Part shown: in pieces, positions 1-9,725 of the stretch
Position numbering within the stretch: the stretch's first letter is position 1
Layout: each line of letters starts with the position of its first letter
NCBI GenBank assembly: GCA_031409275.1
Contig: JANNXA010000007.1
Coordinates: forward strand, 1-64,000
Origin: Planctomycetota bacterium
GTDB taxonomy: Bacteria > Planctomycetota > B15-G4 > SIAN01
DNA length: 64,000 nt
Direction: 5' to 3'
Made by a program: the position numbers and the translations under genes
The notes under the pieces: generated by a model
What the model saw: only the letters and a program-made list of their open reading frames with translations
What the model was told of the DNA's origin: nothing
Databases searched by the model: none

Positions 1-73
1 TCAGGCACACGTCGGAGACCTGCCAGGGGGCGCGAATCCCCAGGATCGTCGCGTAGAGATCGCGGTCGTGCAT
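1..73 (-). CDS. ISL3-family transposase, N-terminal fragment (not in the ORF track)
   Basis: Hand translation from ATG 73 gives MHDRDLYATILGIRAPWQVSDVCL..., matching the recalled ISL3 N-terminus (LY..ILG...PW.V..V.L). A TATCGT -10-like hexamer lies 7 nt upstream. Confidence 0.75.
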   Translation of the reverse strand, partial: MHDRDLYATILGIRAPWQVSDVCL

Positions 74-140
74 GCGCTCGACGATAGGCCGGACGGGCTC
101 ACACGGCGCTCAGGCAACCCACACGAAAGTCTGAGGACCC
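1..140 (-). mobile_element. Left end of an ISL3-family insertion sequence (partial; runs off the window)
   Basis: The minus strand reads GGGTCCTCAGACTTTCGTGTGGGT (140-117), resembling ISL3 terminal inverted repeats. It is followed by an ORF start typical of ISL3 transposases, and the upstream host ORF loses its character at this point. Confidence 0.75.
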
Positions 141-640
141 CGCGTCTTCTGGTCGACCGCGTAGAGCTTGTCATGCGGGGCGTCGTAGGCCAGGCCGAAC
201 ACGCGCGTGTAACCGGTGTTGTTCGCGAGCGGCGTGCAGACTCCGGTATCGGCGTTCAGCGTGTAGACGAACTTGTGGAACGTCTCGATGCCATAGACGA
301 CGCCGCCGATGCGTTCGTAGTCGCTCGGCCATCCGTAGACCTGACCGCTCGGGCTCTTCAGCGGCCCGACGTCGGTGCGCCCGCTCACGCTCGAGGACTT
401 GATCAGCTTGTCCTCGGCAGCACCGTCCCCGTCGGCCGTCCAGAAGTCGAGCGGCGACACGTTGTTGACGACGCCCTGCATCGCGACGGGTGTCCCGCTC
501 GAAGTCGCGAAGTCGGCGCCAGCGTTCACCTGGACTTGCGCTTGCGCCGCCGATGCACCGCCGAGCAGCGCGCCCGACACCACGGCGAGCGTGAAGAGAC
601 CGGGGCGCGGGGAGGACTTGGCGCTACTCATGAGGATCAT
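141..640 (-). pseudogene. Secreted, probably beta-propeller protein interrupted by the IS
   Basis: Signal peptide (LFTLAVVSGALLGGASAAQAQ) and blade-like motifs (VYTLNADTG, GLAYDAPHDKLYAVD). After DQKTR the frame enters the IS inverted repeat and stops at 110. Confidence 0.65.
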
Positions 641-1002
641 CCCGGGTCGCGCGATGCTCGCGGTGTGGCCGATCGTTCGATGACCGAAAAGTCATCGGGG
701 AGGCACGGTTTCGCGGTGAATTGCGGTGGCGCGTTCTAATGCTCTACCGCACATTTGGGCAATGCCCAACCGCACGGCACGACGGAACCTCGCGCCATCC
801 GGTCGCCGCGGCCGGCGGCCGGGAACCAAGGCAACGCGTCGGCAGTGGTTTCTCGTCCGCAGCCGAGGTCGACCCGCGCACGCGCGCGCTCCTGGCCGCG
901 CGCCTCGGGCGGGCGAGCACGGCGAACCCGCCGCCATGGTTGCTCGTCGAACCGGGCGTGATTGAATGCACCGGCCCCGCGAGCCCTCCGGAGTTCCCGT
1001 CC

Positions 1003-2151
1003 ATGCGCGCCCTCTGCCTCCTGGTCGCCAGCTTCCTGGCGCCACTCGCTGCGTCGTCGCCGGCGCGCACGCACCCGCGCCTCCAGGCGGCTCCGGTCGA
1101 CACTTCATCGGCGCCACGCATCGAGGCCGACCGTTACGCCACCGAGTTCGGCACGATCTTCCGCGGCGAGCTGCTGAACACGAAGTTCACCATCTACAAC
1201 CACGGCCAGTCGGACCTCACCATCCAGAAGATCACCAACTCGTGCCAATGCACGGCGTCCAGCTTCACCATCGATGGAAAGACCTGGATCGAAGCGGAGC
1301 TGCGCGACGCGACGCAGCTCGGCGTGCTGTCGCCGGGCGAGGAGGCGCTGCTCGAGGTCAAGATGCGAACCGCCATCGCCACGACGCCCGGCAAGGACGC
1401 GGCGATCAGCAAGGCGATCCGCATCTACAGCAACGATCCGAACCGCCGGGTGATGAACCTCGAACTGAACGCCACGATGATCTCGCCCTTCACGATCGAG
1501 CCGACGACGATCGATTTCGGGGTCGTGCACAAGGGCACGCGCGCCAAGCGATCGGCGGTGATCTGGTCCGACACGCTCGGCGACTTCCCGATCACCGGCG
1601 CGACCTCGCCGAGCCCTGAGTTCGTGACGGTGACCGCGACTCGCGTGGCGACCGATCCGGGCGTGCCACCGACCTGGCGAATCGACGCGGAGCTGGCGCC
1701 CACCACCCCTATCGGCGACGTGATCAGCCACGTCGACCTGGTGCTCGACCACGCGCGCGTGAAAGAGATCCAGCTTCAGGTCCACTACGCCGTCGAGTCG
1801 AACGTCGTCTTCATCGACAACAAACCTGACCACGGGGAACTGCTCGATTTCGAAGTGATGACGGCCGGCACCGCGAAGACGATCGAGCTGACGGTCGAGA
1901 ATGGCGACGCGAGCGTTCCCTACCTGCTGCGCAGCGCCGCACTCAGCAATTGCCGTCCGACCTCCACGGGATTCGTCTGCGAAGTGATCGAAGTCGAGAG
2001 GGGGATGAAGTACGTCGTCAAGGTGACGGCGCCCGGAACGCTCGGCAAGACGAGCTACTTCCAAGGCGACCTCGTGTTGACCGCCGACCATCCCGACGTC
2101 CCGCTCCGGAAGGTGCGGTACCGCGGCTGGTACAAGCAGGGCTCGCCGTAA
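1003..2151 (+). CDS. DUF1573-like Ig-fold repeat secreted protein
   Basis: Signal peptide from ATG 1003; FTIYNHGQSDLTIQKITNSCQCT and LSPGEE motifs; I.IYSNDP; repeated (I/L)DFG/E modules. Confidence 0.75.
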   Translation: MRALCLLVASFLAPLAASSPARTHPRLQAAPVDTSSAPRIEADRYATEFGTIFRGELLNTKFTIYNHGQSDLTIQKITNSCQCTASSFTIDGKTWIEAELRDATQLGVLSPGEEALLEVKMRTAIATTPGKDAAISKAIRIYSNDPNRRVMNLELNATMISPFTIEPTTIDFGVVHKGTRAKRSAVIWSDTLGDFPITGATSPSPEFVTVTATRVATDPGVPPTWRIDAELAPTTPIGDVISHVDLVLDHARVKEIQLQVHYAVESNVVFIDNKPDHGELLDFEVMTAGTAKTIELTVENGDASVPYLLRSAALSNCRPTSTGFVCEVIEVERGMKYVVKVTAPGTLGKTSYFQGDLVLTADHPDVPLRKVRYRGWYKQGSP

Positions 2152-2203
2152 CGCGCGGCGATCCTGCGTGCTGGAGGGCGCCATTCACGATTCGAGCCAC
2201 ACG

Positions 2204-3271
2204 ATGGGCGGCGCCGCCCGCTGGAAGCTGCGCGTCGCGCTTGGCTTGGGCTCGCTGCTGATCTCGACGATCGCGGTCGAGGTCGGCTTGCGCGTGTTCC
2301 ATCCCGAGCAGGCTCCGGTCCGCCTCGCGCAACTCGGGACGGTCCTCGCGAACGATCCGCGCCAGCAGTTCATGGACCTTGTCGAGAGCGACCCGGAGCT
2401 CTTCTGGCGCCTCGCGCCGAACGTGCGGCTCGAAGAGGATCGGCGCCCGTTCTACGGACTGATCTCGAACTCGCAGGGGTTGCGCGAAGACCACGAGATC
2501 CCCGCCCGCAAGGCGCCGCACGAGGTGCGCATCCTCTTCGTCGGCGACTCTTGCACGTTCGGCTACCTGCTGCGTCCGGAAGAGAGCTACGTGCAGGCGG
2601 TCGAGGAGCGGCTGCGCGCGCAGTTCCACTCCACGCCGATCGAGTGCATCAACGCGGGCGTGCCGGGCTACAGCCTCTTCCAGGGTTGGCGCTTCCTCGA
2701 GACGCGCGGCGCGGAGCTCGAGCCCGACCTCGTCGTGCTCAACTTCGGCTGGAACGAGGCGGTGAGCTGGGATGGGTGGAGCGACTTCGACAGCCACCGA
2801 CGGCTCCTCGCCCGCCGACCGCCCGAGTGGCTCGCCCACAGCGCGGTGGCGCGACTGCTCTGGTCGCTGCGCGCCACCGAGAAGGCGCCAGCGGAACTGC
2901 GTCCGCGGTTGACTCCCGACGAGTTCAGCAGCGTGCTCGAGAACTGCCGGAGCACCGCGCGATCGCTCGGGGCGGAGCTGCTCGTGCTGATCGGCGGCGC
3001 TCGCTTCAACCTCCCCACCGAGGGGGCGAAGCGGGTGATCAACGAGTACCAGAAGCGTCAGTACGACTTCGGCGGGACGTTGCGCCTCGCTCCGACCGAC
3101 GCCGTCGGTGCGGTCGACGGCATCGCGGTCGTGCTCCAGCTCGCGCGCACGCTTCCCGTCGAGGAGCTCTTCCTCGATCAGACCCACCCGAGCGCGCGCT
3201 TGAACCAGGCGGTCGGCGACGCGCTCACCGCCCGGATCGCCCCTTGGCTGCTCGCACGCGGCGCGAAATGA
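2204..3271 (+). CDS. SGNH/GDSL hydrolase family protein, membrane anchored
   Basis: Blocks GDSCTFG, INAGVPGYS, FGWNE and DQTHP, plus an N-terminal TM segment. Start could be 2168 or 2204. Confidence 0.85.
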   Translation: MGGAARWKLRVALGLGSLLISTIAVEVGLRVFHPEQAPVRLAQLGTVLANDPRQQFMDLVESDPELFWRLAPNVRLEEDRRPFYGLISNSQGLREDHEIPARKAPHEVRILFVGDSCTFGYLLRPEESYVQAVEERLRAQFHSTPIECINAGVPGYSLFQGWRFLETRGAELEPDLVVLNFGWNEAVSWDGWSDFDSHRRLLARRPPEWLAHSAVARLLWSLRATEKAPAELRPRLTPDEFSSVLENCRSTARSLGAELLVLIGGARFNLPTEGAKRVINEYQKRQYDFGGTLRLAPTDAVGAVDGIAVVLQLARTLPVEELFLDQTHPSARLNQAVGDALTARIAPWLLARGAK

Positions 3272-3298
3272 CGGTCGCTGCGGCGCGGCGCCGGGGCG

Positions 3299-6205
3299 TC
3301 ACTTCTTCTTCTCGGGCTTCTTCGGCGTCACGATCGCCGTCGAGGCTTTGGCGCGCGCGAAGTGCTGCTTCGCGAGCGCATTCACCGACTCGAGCGTGAT
3401 CGCCTTCAAGCTCGCCTTGGCGTCGACTAGCTCGGCGAGCGCCTGCGGGTTTGTCGTCGCCCGCGCGAGCTGCACCAGCCAGTAGCCGTCCTGCTTGATC
3501 GCCTGATCGATCTGCTGCAGCGCGAGGGTGCGCGCCTGCTCGAACTCCTCCTGCTTCACGCCGTTCTTCGCCAGCGCATCGCCGATCGAGAGGCACGCGT
3601 TCAGGACCTCGTCGGCCTTCGACGGGTCGCATTCCACGTCGGCGCGAATCGCGCCGACTCCAGGAAACAGCAGGCTCAGATCGTCGCGCGCGCGCGGCGA
3701 GTAGGCGGCGCCCTTCTTCTCGCGGATCTCGACCCGGATGCGGTTGTCGAGCGCGGCGGCGAGGAACTCGAGCTCGTGGCGGCGCGCCGGATCGATGCCG
3801 TCGCCGGTCGGCCAGACGACGGCCACGTGCGCCTTCTTCTCGGCCGTCTCGATCTCGCGTCGGAACTTGAGGCCGCTCTGGATCGGCGGCGATTGGAGCC
3901 GCTCGGCATGCTCCTCCGCGTCGCCGCGCTTGGGCAGCATCCCGAAAGTGCGCGCGACGATGCTGGCAACCGCGGTCGGATCCATTCCGGTGACCACCGC
4001 GACCTCAATGCGCCCTTCGTCGAGCTGCGGCTGCAGGAACTCCTTCAGCGTGTCGAGCAGGAAGCTCTCCACGAGCTCGCGATCGGGCGTCGCGAAGCGC
4101 GGGTCCTTTCCATGCAGCTCGAACTCGAACTGGGAGAGCGGCCCGGTGAAGCCGTGCGCCATCGCTTCGTACAGCTGCGGCAAGCCCTGATTGAACTCGT
4201 CGAATGCTTCCGGCCGCCAACCCGGGTCCGTGATGTAGGCGCAGATCACCTCGCAGAGGCGCTGGAAGTCGTCGGGAGCCGAGCTGCCGGAGAAGACGCA
4301 GCCGTCGAACGTCACGTCGAAGCCGAACGTGAGCTGCCTGCCCGACAGCGACTTCTGCAACTGCGTGAGCGTGTGCTCGCCGAGCCCTGAAGCGAGGAAG
4401 ACGCGGTCGGCGGCCCAGCCGATATCGGCCTCGGACGGATCGAGCGCGAGGAAGCCGTCGCCGACGCGGACGTAGATCGCCGCGCCGCGGTTCTCCTGGA
4501 CCGTCGGGCGGAACGCCACGCGCACGCCGTTCTCGAACTCGAGCCGCAGCACGTTCAGCGCGTCGTCGGTCTCCTGGCGAGCCAGCTTCCCGGTCGCTCC
4601 TTTCGCCTTGTAGAAGAAGTCGACCGGGCCGTCCGCGTCCGATTCCGCCTCCTCCTTCGTCACCGGCGCCGTCTTCCCCGAATCGGCGGGATTGGTGCCG
4701 GCCGCAACCGGTTTCTGGCTCTCCTCCCACGCGGCGTTCAGCTGCGCCGCCGCGTCCTTTCCGAGGTCGTGACCGCCGCGGGCGACGACATAGAGCTCAC
4801 CCGTATTCCAAGCCGAAACGACGGTTTCGTGCAGCTTTTCAGCGGTCAGGTCCGGCAGCACGGCCTTCATCAGTCGGCGCTCGACCACTTCGTCGACCGG
4901 GACGTGCGCGCCACGTGCCGCGGCGAGCAACTCGCCGAGGTACTCATCCATCGGGAGGCGCCCGGCCGTCGGTTCGAGGATGCAATATTCGTTCAGGCCG
5001 CCGTACGTCGCGCGCACCTCCTCGCGCGTGAACTCGCCATCGAGCGTGCGGCGCAGCTCGCGCCCCGCCAGCAGCAGCGCCTCCTTCCACCGCTCCGGCG
5101 CGCATCTCACGGTCAGCGCCGGCCCCTCGAGGAGGTCCTGGTAGTTCCAGTCGCCGAACGACGCACCTTGGACCGGGCTGTTCGGTAGCTGGCCGAGCTT
5201 GGCGATGCGAGTGCTGACGAGCGCGAGCGCCGCGTTGCGCTGGAGGCGTGCCACTCGCTTCGCGACGGTGTCGGCCACCTCGACCTTCGCGCGCACCTTG
5301 CCGATCAGCAGCGTGAAGTCCTCCTGCTCCTTGTCGAAGGCGCAGAACGCGCGCGCCGAGACCTTCGGCGTGCCCGGCGAAGGCTGCACCGGAAGCGGCT
5401 CCTTCGCGATCGGGAGGGTCGCGAAGGCGTCCGTCACGAGCTTGCCGACATCGACGTCGGGCAGGTTGCCGACCACGACAAGCGTCATGAACTCGGGCCG
5501 ATACCACTTCTTGTAGAACGCCTTGCACGCCGCCGAGTTGAACTTGTCGCGGATCGACTTCTTGCCGATCGGCCAGCGTCTGGCGGTCAGCGTCCCGTCG
5601 ATCATCCGCTGATCGAGCTGCGCGAGCAGCCGCAGCCCCGCGCCAGCGCGCTCGCGCTCCTCCGCGTCGATGATCCCCTTCTCGGCCGCCACCTCCTTCT
5701 CTTCGAGGAGCAGCCCATCCGCGACGTCGCGCAGCCACGCGAGCGACTTCGCCAACCGCTCGGGGTCGGCATCGGGGAGGTCGAGTTCGTAGATCGTCTC
5801 GTCGGTGCTGGTCGACGCATTCTGGTCGTGGCCGAAACGCACGCCGTGGTGCTGGAACCAGTCGATCAGCGTGCCCGCCTTGAAGTTGCGCGTGCCGTTG
5901 AACGCCATGTGCTCGAGGAAGTGCGCCATCCCGAGCTCCGCTTCGCTCTCGACCAGGCTCCCGACCGCGACGTGCAGCCGCAGGTAGACCTTGGAGTCGT
6001 CCGGCAGCGGCTGATGCACCCATGCGTAGCGCAGCCCCGCCGGCACCGCGCCGAAGCGCACGCGCGGATCCAGCGGCAGATCGCTGCCCGCTTCGTGCGC
6101 CCAGGGCCGCGGCGCCGCGCGTGATTGGGCGTTCGCGCCGTTGGCAGACACGAGCAGCGCGAGCGCGGCGACGACGTAAACCGTCGGGATTCGAAGCAGG
6201 CGCAT
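3299..6205 (-). CDS. M16 family zinc peptidase (PqqL-like), exported
   Basis: Inverted zincin motif GMAHFLEHMAFNG, NASTS, downstream EKGII..EER and FYKKWYRP; two-half architecture with IREKKGAAYS; signal peptide. Confidence 0.9.
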   Translation of the reverse strand: MRLLRIPTVYVVAALALLVSANGANAQSRAAPRPWAHEAGSDLPLDPRVRFGAVPAGLRYAWVHQPLPDDSKVYLRLHVAVGSLVESEAELGMAHFLEHMAFNGTRNFKAGTLIDWFQHHGVRFGHDQNASTSTDETIYELDLPDADPERLAKSLAWLRDVADGLLLEEKEVAAEKGIIDAEERERAGAGLRLLAQLDQRMIDGTLTARRWPIGKKSIRDKFNSAACKAFYKKWYRPEFMTLVVVGNLPDVDVGKLVTDAFATLPIAKEPLPVQPSPGTPKVSARAFCAFDKEQEDFTLLIGKVRAKVEVADTVAKRVARLQRNAALALVSTRIAKLGQLPNSPVQGASFGDWNYQDLLEGPALTVRCAPERWKEALLLAGRELRRTLDGEFTREEVRATYGGLNEYCILEPTAGRLPMDEYLGELLAAARGAHVPVDEVVERRLMKAVLPDLTAEKLHETVVSAWNTGELYVVARGGHDLGKDAAAQLNAAWEESQKPVAAGTNPADSGKTAPVTKEEAESDADGPVDFFYKAKGATGKLARQETDDALNVLRLEFENGVRVAFRPTVQENRGAAIYVRVGDGFLALDPSEADIGWAADRVFLASGLGEHTLTQLQKSLSGRQLTFGFDVTFDGCVFSGSSAPDDFQRLCEVICAYITDPGWRPEAFDEFNQGLPQLYEAMAHGFTGPLSQFEFELHGKDPRFATPDRELVESFLLDTLKEFLQPQLDEGRIEVAVVTGMDPTAVASIVARTFGMLPKRGDAEEHAERLQSPPIQSGLKFRREIETAEKKAHVAVVWPTGDGIDPARRHELEFLAAALDNRIRVEIREKKGAAYSPRARDDLSLLFPGVGAIRADVECDPSKADEVLNACLSIGDALAKNGVKQEEFEQARTLALQQIDQAIKQDGYWLVQLARATTNPQALAELVDAKASLKAITLESVNALAKQHFARAKASTAIVTPKKPEKKK

Positions 6206-6401
6206 GAACAGTCCCCCCACGTTCCGGATCGCAACGGGCCGAAGCTGCGAAGGGCGAGCCTACTTCGTTGCGAGCGGTGATTCGAATCGCGGCGGAGGCC
6301 CACGGTGCGGGAGGAGCAGCTGGCAGTCGCCCCTGCGGCGTGGGCGCGCAACGCGTTGCGCGCACTTCAGTTCATCGCGGCAAGGTTTCGAATGGGAGCG
6401 A

Positions 6402-7099
6402 ATGACGACACTCGAGGCTCTGCAGCGGGTCGACCAGCAGCGAATCGTCGATGCCGACGGCGAGCAGGAGACGGTACGTCTGCTGTCACCGGCGTCACCG
6501 CAGCGCGTGGCCGAGATCGAGCGCGAGTCGGCTTCGCGCTGCCGTCGGAGCTGCGCGAAACGCTCGCCGTGACGGCGGGAGTCGAGCGGCTCGAGTCGAT
6601 CGATCTGGCGAGCGTCGGCCGCTCGCCGATCCCGGAGCTGTTCGGTTGGGTCGTCACGCCGGCGAAAGACGGCGCGGGCAACTCCTGGATCCTCGAGCTG
6701 GCGCCCGGCCAGCAGACGCTCGGTTCGATCTGGTTCGTCTGCCATGACGCGCCGGCGCTGCTGTACCAGAGTCGCGACCTCGCGAGCTTCGTGGAGGACT
6801 ACGTGCACCGTCGCAGGTTGGCGAACCGAGCGGCGGTGGCGAAAGTGGCAAGCCAGTCGATCGACCTCCCGCGCGAGGCGCTGCTCGCGGCGAGCGATCC
6901 GGTGCTGCGCGACTTCGCCGCGCGACTCGAGCAAGGCTGGTTCATCCGCGATCTACGTGACGCGCAAACGGGCGACGGCATGCCGCTTGGCTGCTTCGGC
7001 CGGACGACTCCGTTGGCGCGCGCCGGAACGGAACCGGTCTTCGCCTACGGATCACGCAGCGGTTGGCAGCGCTTCGTGGGCTGGTTCACCGGTCGCTGA
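6402..7099 (+). pseudogene. SMI1/KNR4-family protein with a single frameshift near 6528 (real or assembly error)
   Basis: ATG 6402 follows a GGGAG RBS and reads ...PASPQRVAEIERE. The next frame continues GFALPSELRETL...DGAGNSW...IWFVCHD. Joined, these give the SMI1/KNR4 signature. Confidence 0.7.
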
Positions 7100-7274
7100 G
7101 CCGGCCGCTGAGCCGGTCGCGCTGCCGACGCTCTGCCGATCGACGCCCCGAACTTGCGCGCGCTCGAACGAGACGCGGCCCGACGACCGGCAGGGTCGTC
7201 GAGCCGCTTGCATCACGTCGACGGTGGACGCACCGCATCGCTTCGGAAGGAGAGATGCGAAGCGTCGCACCCGA

Positions 7275-9083
7275 TCAGAGGTCGGCGATCACATCCATCC
7301 AGCTCGGGTCGCCGACGGGCAGATTCGTCGCGGCGTCGTACAGCGCCGCGTAGATCGAGCTGCGCCCTTCACCGAAGAACGATGCCGGCTCGTTGGTGAA
7401 GATCGTCTCGGTCGAGTTGGTCAGCGGCAGGTAGCCGTTGTGGTATCCCGGCGTCGTGGTCCACAACCCCGTCGCACCCAAGTGGTACCAGAGCTGCCCA
7501 TCGGGAGCGAGGCGCGCAAGAACCACGCGGACCACCGGCGGCGTCGTGCCGGCGTGGTAGCGCAGCTTGAGACCGAACGTGCCGCCGGTCATCACCGCCG
7601 GCGTCATCTGCACCTCGACACCCGCCGTACCCGGCACTCCCATCGGCACGATCAGCGTCTTGATCGACTCCTTCGGCAGCTCCACGTTGAAGGTCGCCGT
7701 CGTCGGATAGAGGACGCCGGCTGCGTGGTCGAGCGTCGCCGACGTCGCGTACGTCGTCACGGTCCCGCTCGGCGCGGCCGGCAGCGAGAGCGAAACGAGG
7801 TAGCTCGCCGACTCCTTGTTGGAAAGGACGATCGCGTACTCCTTGCGGCCACCGACCGGACGCAGCCACGCCGAGACGCCGATCTGCCTCGGCCCCACCC
7901 CGGAGATGCGCACGGCACCGGGCTGGATGTGCGCGGCGTAGTGCTGGAAGACGCGCAAGCGCTTGGGAACGACGTAGGTCATCGAGCCGCGATCGATGCG
8001 AACGAGCCCCTCGCCCGTGCTCGCCGGATCGGTCGGGGAAGTCGGGTTCCACCAGTAGCCGAAGAAGGACCAATGCTTGCAACTGCTCTGGTTGGTGGCG
8101 GTGAGGATCCAATCGGAGACGCCAAGCCCGTTGACGTCACCCAGTCCAGCGAGGATCCCGTCGTTCGTGCCGCCGAGATACGACACTTCGGTCTGGCCGA
8201 ACGACTTTCCGAAGAGCGTCGACTTCGCGTCGAGCGCCGCCCACTGCACTGCCCCTGACGCCGCCGACTGGCCGTACTGATGGGTGGTCACACCGTCGAG
8301 GTAGTCGATGGCCGGTGTCGGGTGGCTGTTGTCCGCGATCGCCTGCAAGTACTCGGTGGACTTGATCACGGTCGAGCACTCGGGCCCGAGGATCTGCGTC
8401 GTCAGGCCGAGGCTCGCGAACTTCTGGCCGACGATGCGGACCAGCTTGGCGTACTCCTCCTTGCTGGTCGGCGTCGACTCGTACTTGACGGTGGCGTAGT
8501 CGGGCTCATTCAGGATCGAGAGGGCATCGATCACGATGGCGTCGGAGATGCCGCTGCTGTGAGGGTGCGCCAATCCCTCGACGTAGGCGGCGAGGAACTC
8601 GGCGAACTCGTCGTACTTGGTCGGGTCGAGCTCGCCGCCCTTGATGAGCGTCCCACCCGATGGGGCATTCTTCTTCATCCAGGCCGGCGGCGAGCCGCAC
8701 GACGCCCAGACGAAATCGATGCCGCGCTCCTTCGCCGCGAGGTAGGCGGTGCGCTGCGCGGGGTACCAGCTCGTGAAGTCGAGCCCGCCGTAGTTGATGT
8801 TCGAAGGCGAGTTGTCGTCGTTGCTCGGTTCCATCTCGTAAGGCACGCGCAGGCGCAGCCGCCGTGAGCCGGTCTGCAGATGGGCCAGGTCGCGCACGAC
8901 GTCGGGGTCGTTGCCGAGCAGGCTGTCGGGCAGGAGCTCGACGTAGGCCGACGCCGCGCCGAACCCCTCCCAGGTCTGGAACTGCTGCGAGTCGTCGATC
9001 GTGACGGTCTTCTGCTCCCATTGCGGAACGCCGCCTTGGGGCGCGACCAGCAGTGCAAACAACGAAAGACATGACGCGAACAT
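7275..9083 (-). CDS. Glycoside hydrolase family 30-like (clan GH-A) secreted enzyme with an extra C-terminal domain
   Basis: QTWEGFG, SPPAWMK, acid/base LNEPDY, nucleophile-like QTEVS and IQPGAVRI; AAGGAG RBS before ATG 9083; signal peptide. Confidence 0.8.
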   Translation of the reverse strand: MFASCLSLFALLVAPQGGVPQWEQKTVTIDDSQQFQTWEGFGAASAYVELLPDSLLGNDPDVVRDLAHLQTGSRRLRLRVPYEMEPSNDDNSPSNINYGGLDFTSWYPAQRTAYLAAKERGIDFVWASCGSPPAWMKKNAPSGGTLIKGGELDPTKYDEFAEFLAAYVEGLAHPHSSGISDAIVIDALSILNEPDYATVKYESTPTSKEEYAKLVRIVGQKFASLGLTTQILGPECSTVIKSTEYLQAIADNSHPTPAIDYLDGVTTHQYGQSAASGAVQWAALDAKSTLFGKSFGQTEVSYLGGTNDGILAGLGDVNGLGVSDWILTATNQSSCKHWSFFGYWWNPTSPTDPASTGEGLVRIDRGSMTYVVPKRLRVFQHYAAHIQPGAVRISGVGPRQIGVSAWLRPVGGRKEYAIVLSNKESASYLVSLSLPAAPSGTVTTYATSATLDHAAGVLYPTTATFNVELPKESIKTLIVPMGVPGTAGVEVQMTPAVMTGGTFGLKLRYHAGTTPPVVRVVLARLAPDGQLWYHLGATGLWTTTPGYHNGYLPLTNSTETIFTNEPASFFGEGRSSIYAALYDAATNLPVGDPSWMDVIADL

Positions 9084-9725
9084 GCAGGGCTCCTTCGAAA
9101 GCGCCGGCGCGACGCCGACTCGACCGCGTGACCGGTCGCGAACCGCTTCAAGGGAGTTCATCGCTGCCACCCCGAGCGGGGACGCAGCGGCACCTCGCGA
9201 TTCGCGCCGCGGCCGTTGGTGTCAGGCCAGGAGCGCGCTGCCCGCGGATCGCCGAAACGTGACAAGTCGCAGCGGCGCCGGGCGGCGGGCGACGGTGCGG
9301 CGCGCGCAGGCGCCACAAGCGACGACTTCGGCGAGCTTCCCGCCATCGCCAACCGCGATGGTCGGACGCAGCGCCGAAGACCGTAGTGCCCTGTAGCCGA
9401 AGTTCACTTCCATCTGCGTGGCCCGCTTCGTCCGCCGCCTCGTCGTTCCTCCTCGCCAACTGAGCTCGAAGTTGCGTGCGTCGACCCTCCCCGCGCCAAA
9501 CGAAGCGGACACCCGGATCGGTTCGCGGACTTCGGTCACAGGAGGTCAGGAGCGCCGGTCGCGACATCGTTTCGATCCGCCGGACCGGGATCGCCGGGCC
9601 ATGACACGAGAAACTCGAACGATCGGGTCGAAATGGATGTCCGGATCTCTCGATCTGGCGCGCGCCGACGCCCCTACCATCTCCGCCCCACCGCGTGTCA
9701 ACGCCTTCGCCGGAGCGCCAAGCCG

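Noticed and set aside
9540..9725. yybP-ykoY manganese riboswitch upstream of terC
   Set aside because: It is expected from context, but I could not find the characteristic conserved segments by eye.
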